Shown here in pieces: positions 60,067 to 64,000 of a DNA stretch of 64,000 nt. The position numbers and the translations under genes were made by a program. This DNA is from Azolla caroliniana (Eukaryota; Plantae; Polypodiophyta), in NCBI GenBank assembly GCA_043228905.1, contig JBHGNT010000009.1, positions 6,572,001 to 6,636,000 of the forward strand, in the 5' to 3' direction. The notes beneath the pieces were generated by a model. That model was not told where the DNA came from and ran no database searches. It was given only the letters and a program-made list of their open reading frames with translations. How positions within the stretch are numbered: position 1 is the first letter of the stretch; each line of letters begins with the position of its first letter.

Positions 60067-63000
60067 TTACTCTTCCGTTTGAATAAACGGATTTACCGGC
60101 ATATCTCCCAAATACGGTTTAAACCGAAATCCATTTACCCATTTCGGTAAAACCTCTCCGGTTAATGATCCCTGTTGGTACGTACCATTTTTACTATTAA
60201 TTATCCATACTGGACCTGTCCATCTATACCGAAGTTTCCCAGGCATAAGTCCCATTCTCGTTTGGAATACTAATACCGGTTTCCCAATTTCGAATTGCTC
60301 TTCCGATTTCCTTCGATGTCGATTTACGAATGCCTTGATTTGTCTCTGCTTGTGTTCTAGTGCTGACATTGATTGAATCCATTCTTCTTCTAATACTAAT
60401 AAAGCCTCCTTGCGTATCTGCTCCGATTCTATTTCATTTAACTTATTCGTTGCTTGGATACGAAGTGTCGGAATTTGAAATTCGATCGGCATAACGGCTT
60501 CGAGTCCGAATGCCATTCGGAAAGATGTTGATTTAATGGATGTTTTGTACGAAGTACGATATGCCCATAATGCACTATTTAACTTTTGATCCCAATCAGT
60601 ACGATTTTCATTTACTATCTTCTTTAAAATTGTTTGAATTGTTTTATTTGTCGATTCTGCCAATCCATTAGCTTGGGGATAGTAAGGCGTACTTTTCTTA
60701 TGAACTACGGCATAGTAATTGGTTAATTCGTTAATTAACTTGTTAATAAAATGAGTGCCTTGATCGCTTACCAATTCTATTGGGCAACCGAATCGACACC
60801 ATATATTCTCATACAGGAATTTTGCTGTGGATGCTGCTGTATTGTCCCTGAGAGCTTTTGCTTCAACCCATTTTGTGCAATAGTCAGTCGCAATTATGAT
60901 ATATCGATTACCGGTTCTTGCAGCTGCTGGTTTGAATGGGCCAACAAAATCTAAGCCCCATTTCTGAAATGGCTCAAGAGGTAAAACCGGTTGAAAAGGC
61001 ATTCGATCCTTTTCGGTTGGTTGCCCCATTCTTTGACACAAATCACATTTCTTACAGTATTCGTTAGCATCTTTCATCACCGTTGGCCACCATAACCCGC
61101 TATTCCATATTTTTCTGGCTGTTGCTTCTCCTGCGTAATGACCGCCAGCAATTCCACAATGTGACTCTGTTAATATGGCTGATTTTTCAAATTTTCGTAC
61201 TGCCCTTCGCCATATTCCATCCGCTCCTTTATGATACAACATGTCATTAAATAAACAAAAATTCCGACTTCGTACTGCAATTCTTTTTCTTTCATCTGTC
61301 GACATGTGTTCGGCCGGAATTCCTGTTGATAGAAATATCGTCATTTCGGAAATCCATTCATCCTCTTTTTCCTCATTCACTTCATGTGCTTTTACTGCCT
61401 CAACCCGAAATAATTGAGTATCTGGAAAATCATCTTTAACCCCAACCGCTTCTTCTCCAGACTCAAGCCGACTGAGATAGTCAGCAATCGCGTGTTATGC
61501 TCCTGGTCGATGTATAATGTCGAATTCAAACTCTTGAAGCAATAACGTCCATCGGGCTAACTTGCCTGTCAATTCTTGTTTGGAAACTAGATACAGTAAA
61601 GCCGAATGATCCACATGAAATGTAAATTTCTTACCCAAAAGGTAATGTCGAAATTTGTTCACACTATATATCATTCCCAAAGCTTCTCTTTCGGTTGTTG
61701 AATAGTTTCTTTCGGCCGACGAAAGTTTCATACTGGCATAGTATACCGGCCTATACCAGTTTGGTTCGGATAATTGCATTAAAGCACTGCCTATGGCAAT
61801 GTCCGACGCATCGACGAAAACATGAAATGGTTTGTTCCAGTCCGGTGGTTGAACTACCGGAACCTTCGTCGGCATCTTCTTAAGACATTCGTACGCATCT
61901 TGTTCTATACTTGTCCATATAAAAGGAACTTTGTGTACTGTTGTGTGTAACGGAATAGCAATGTCTACTAGATATCTCATCATTCTACTATGCCACCGAA
62001 TTTGACCCAAAAATCTACTTAAAGCTTTAGCATTTGTTGGTGGTGTTGCCTCAATAATTGCTTTAACTTTGTCTGGGTCCACTGCAATCCCTTCTTGACT
62101 GACAATATGCCCAAGTAATGTACCACTCATTACTCCGAATGCGCATTTGGCTGGATTTAAACTAAGACGCCCTTTTCGACATTTTTCTAAACATAGCCGT
62201 AAATGCTCAAAATGATCAGCTTTCCGACTATATACCGCAAAATCATCTAAAAACACCTGCATGAAAGCTGGAATATATTCCCCGAATATTTCCTGTATTA
62301 CCCGCTGAAATGTAGCTGGAGCTGTTTTTAAACCGAACATCATGACTACTGCCACAAAGACACCCCATTCTGTGACGAAAGCTGTCTTTTCCTGATCTTC
62401 GGGATTCATCCGTACTTGGTTGTACCCACTGAACCCATCCAAGAAACTATAAATTTCATGTCCCGCTACTGCATCTAATATCCCATCTGTGAATGGCAAC
62501 GGAAACGCATCCGTAATTGTCGCTGCATTCAATTTTCTGTAATCCACACATACGCGAATTTTCCCATTCTTTTTCGGGACTACTACTATCGAACTCAGCC
62601 ATGTTGATTTTTTGACGGGTCGAATAAATCCTACTTTTAAGAGTTTATCGATTTCTTCTTTTACTTTGATAGCATAATTCGGATTCAACCTGTACCTGCG
62701 TTGTTGTACTGGCTTTGCATCTTTATGCAAATTGATTTGATGTTGACAAAAAGCGGGATCCAAACCTTTCATATCGTCAAACGACCATGCAAAAACATCT
62801 TTATATTGTAATAATAATGTTGTTAATGTCCGTTTGTCATTTACTGTCAAATCTCTAGCAATCAAGACTGTTTTTCTTTCAGCATCCTCTACTCCTGCCA
62901 AATCGATCTCCTCTAATGCTGAGGCTTGCACTCTCTGAGATACCTTCATTTCCTTATCTGTAGCTTCTTGTTGCATTCGTATTTCTTTCATTGTTTGCTC

Positions 63001-64000
63001 ATCGATTGGCACTTCTTCGTGTGAGTCTACATATGGTGTTAATGCTTGCAAAATATCTACCTCAAATAGAGGGATGATTTTTTGATTATCATCAAAATAC
63101 TGACTTTCTTCTTCCTCGTCCAATCCTTCCATCATATTAACTGCTTCTGCATGTACAGGTAAACTCTGTTTGCTTGTTGTCACTTTGTTGTGCGTCGGAA
63201 TCCTGACCTTATTTTTTCCTTTCCTAAATGTTAGCACATTTTGTTTCCAATTTTGTTTAATATTAGCTGTCTTTAACCATGGTCTCCCTAATAACAAGGG
63301 GTATGCTCCCTGTGTTTCTAACTGCAAAATTACTGCCGAAATCTGAAAACTGTGCCCCCCGATTATTACATCCAGTTCTCGAAGCAAACCAATCGGTCGT
63401 ACCGTACTTGTATCTGCCATTCGTAACCAAAACGGACATGCTTCCCATTCCGTGATTCCCAGTTTTTCACATGTAGTTTTGTTAATCACATTAACACCCG
63501 AGCCTCCATCTATAATCACATTTCCGATTTCTTGCCCGTAAAGTATTACCTTAATCGACGGATTCTGTTCATCCATGATCGAAGGGTTATTACTTGGCTG
63601 ATTGTAGTGTACTGCTATTTGTTCGGAACCTTTATATGCAATTAATGCTGCCACTTTTTCTGTAAACCTTGGTACTAACTTAAGTAAGCCCGTAAGTGGC
63701 AATGACACTTGGCAATCAGCCAACAGTTTCCAAGTTTCTTCCTGTTCCTTATTCCCCAATGACTGTTGTACAGTGATGTCCTGGTCAATGTTATTGTCTT
63801 GTAACATTCGATTCACATTACTTTGATTTGCTTCATCCACCCATTCTTTTGCCGCCTTCCGAACTTCTTCCTGAATTTCCCACTCTGATTGTTTGCTTTT
63901 GCTGCGTGTCGTTACTTGCTGAACTTCCGGTATTACCATATTAACTGCTGGACCCTTTCCTTTAACCGGACATTGATTAGCATAATGGCCTAGTTGTCGA
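60067..64000 (-). pseudogene. gypsy gag-pol (end of CCHC knuckle, protease, RT, RNaseH, integrase) with one in-frame stop at 61495
   Basis: IIDGGSGVN, VCVDYRKLN, FLDGFSGYNQ, FLDDF, VDASD, NYSTTEREAL, H..H..CDLC, WGLDFVGP, SDQGTHF, RWTGP. ORFs 61495-63939 and 60067-61380 are in the same frame. Confidence 0.93.

Larger units (their letters stand above)
56705..64000 (-). mobile_element. Ty3/gypsy non-chromovirus element D (same lineage as C), near intact, runs off the window
   Basis: 3' LTR 56705-57161 with CCTATAAAAAGGG and a U5 end homologous to the element C LTR; pol and an extra ORF lie upstream on the - strand. Confidence 0.93.

Overview
Eukaryotic land-plant genomic DNA, probably a fern or other seed-free plant (inferred from protein divergence and a Tcn1-like chromovirus; not provable here). 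There are two intron-rich host genes on the + strand: RAD54 (about 21 exons, 11344-23179) and a KDM5/PKDM7-type (JMJ16/JMJ703-like) JmjC histone demethylase (41148-48829). The flanks hold a nested cluster of decayed Ty1/copia and chromovirus elements (1-9.6 kb), LINE remnants, hAT-like MITEs, microsatellites, and two related non-chromovirus Ty3/gypsy elements with an extra 3' ORF (49.9-64 kb). Three observations stand out. (1) Both gypsy elements have a tRNA-3'-end-like sequence ending in CCA, i.e. an inverted PBS, exactly where the polypurine tract should be, which suggests non-PPT (tRNA- or self-primed) plus-strand synthesis. (2) The demethylase carries a 639-aa in-frame array of 48 Q/N/T/S/H-rich repeats of about 14 aa with higher-order structure. 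(3) An inserted LTR carries an array of eight ~104-bp units, each able to fold into a hairpin. All coordinates were read by eye; no searches were run.
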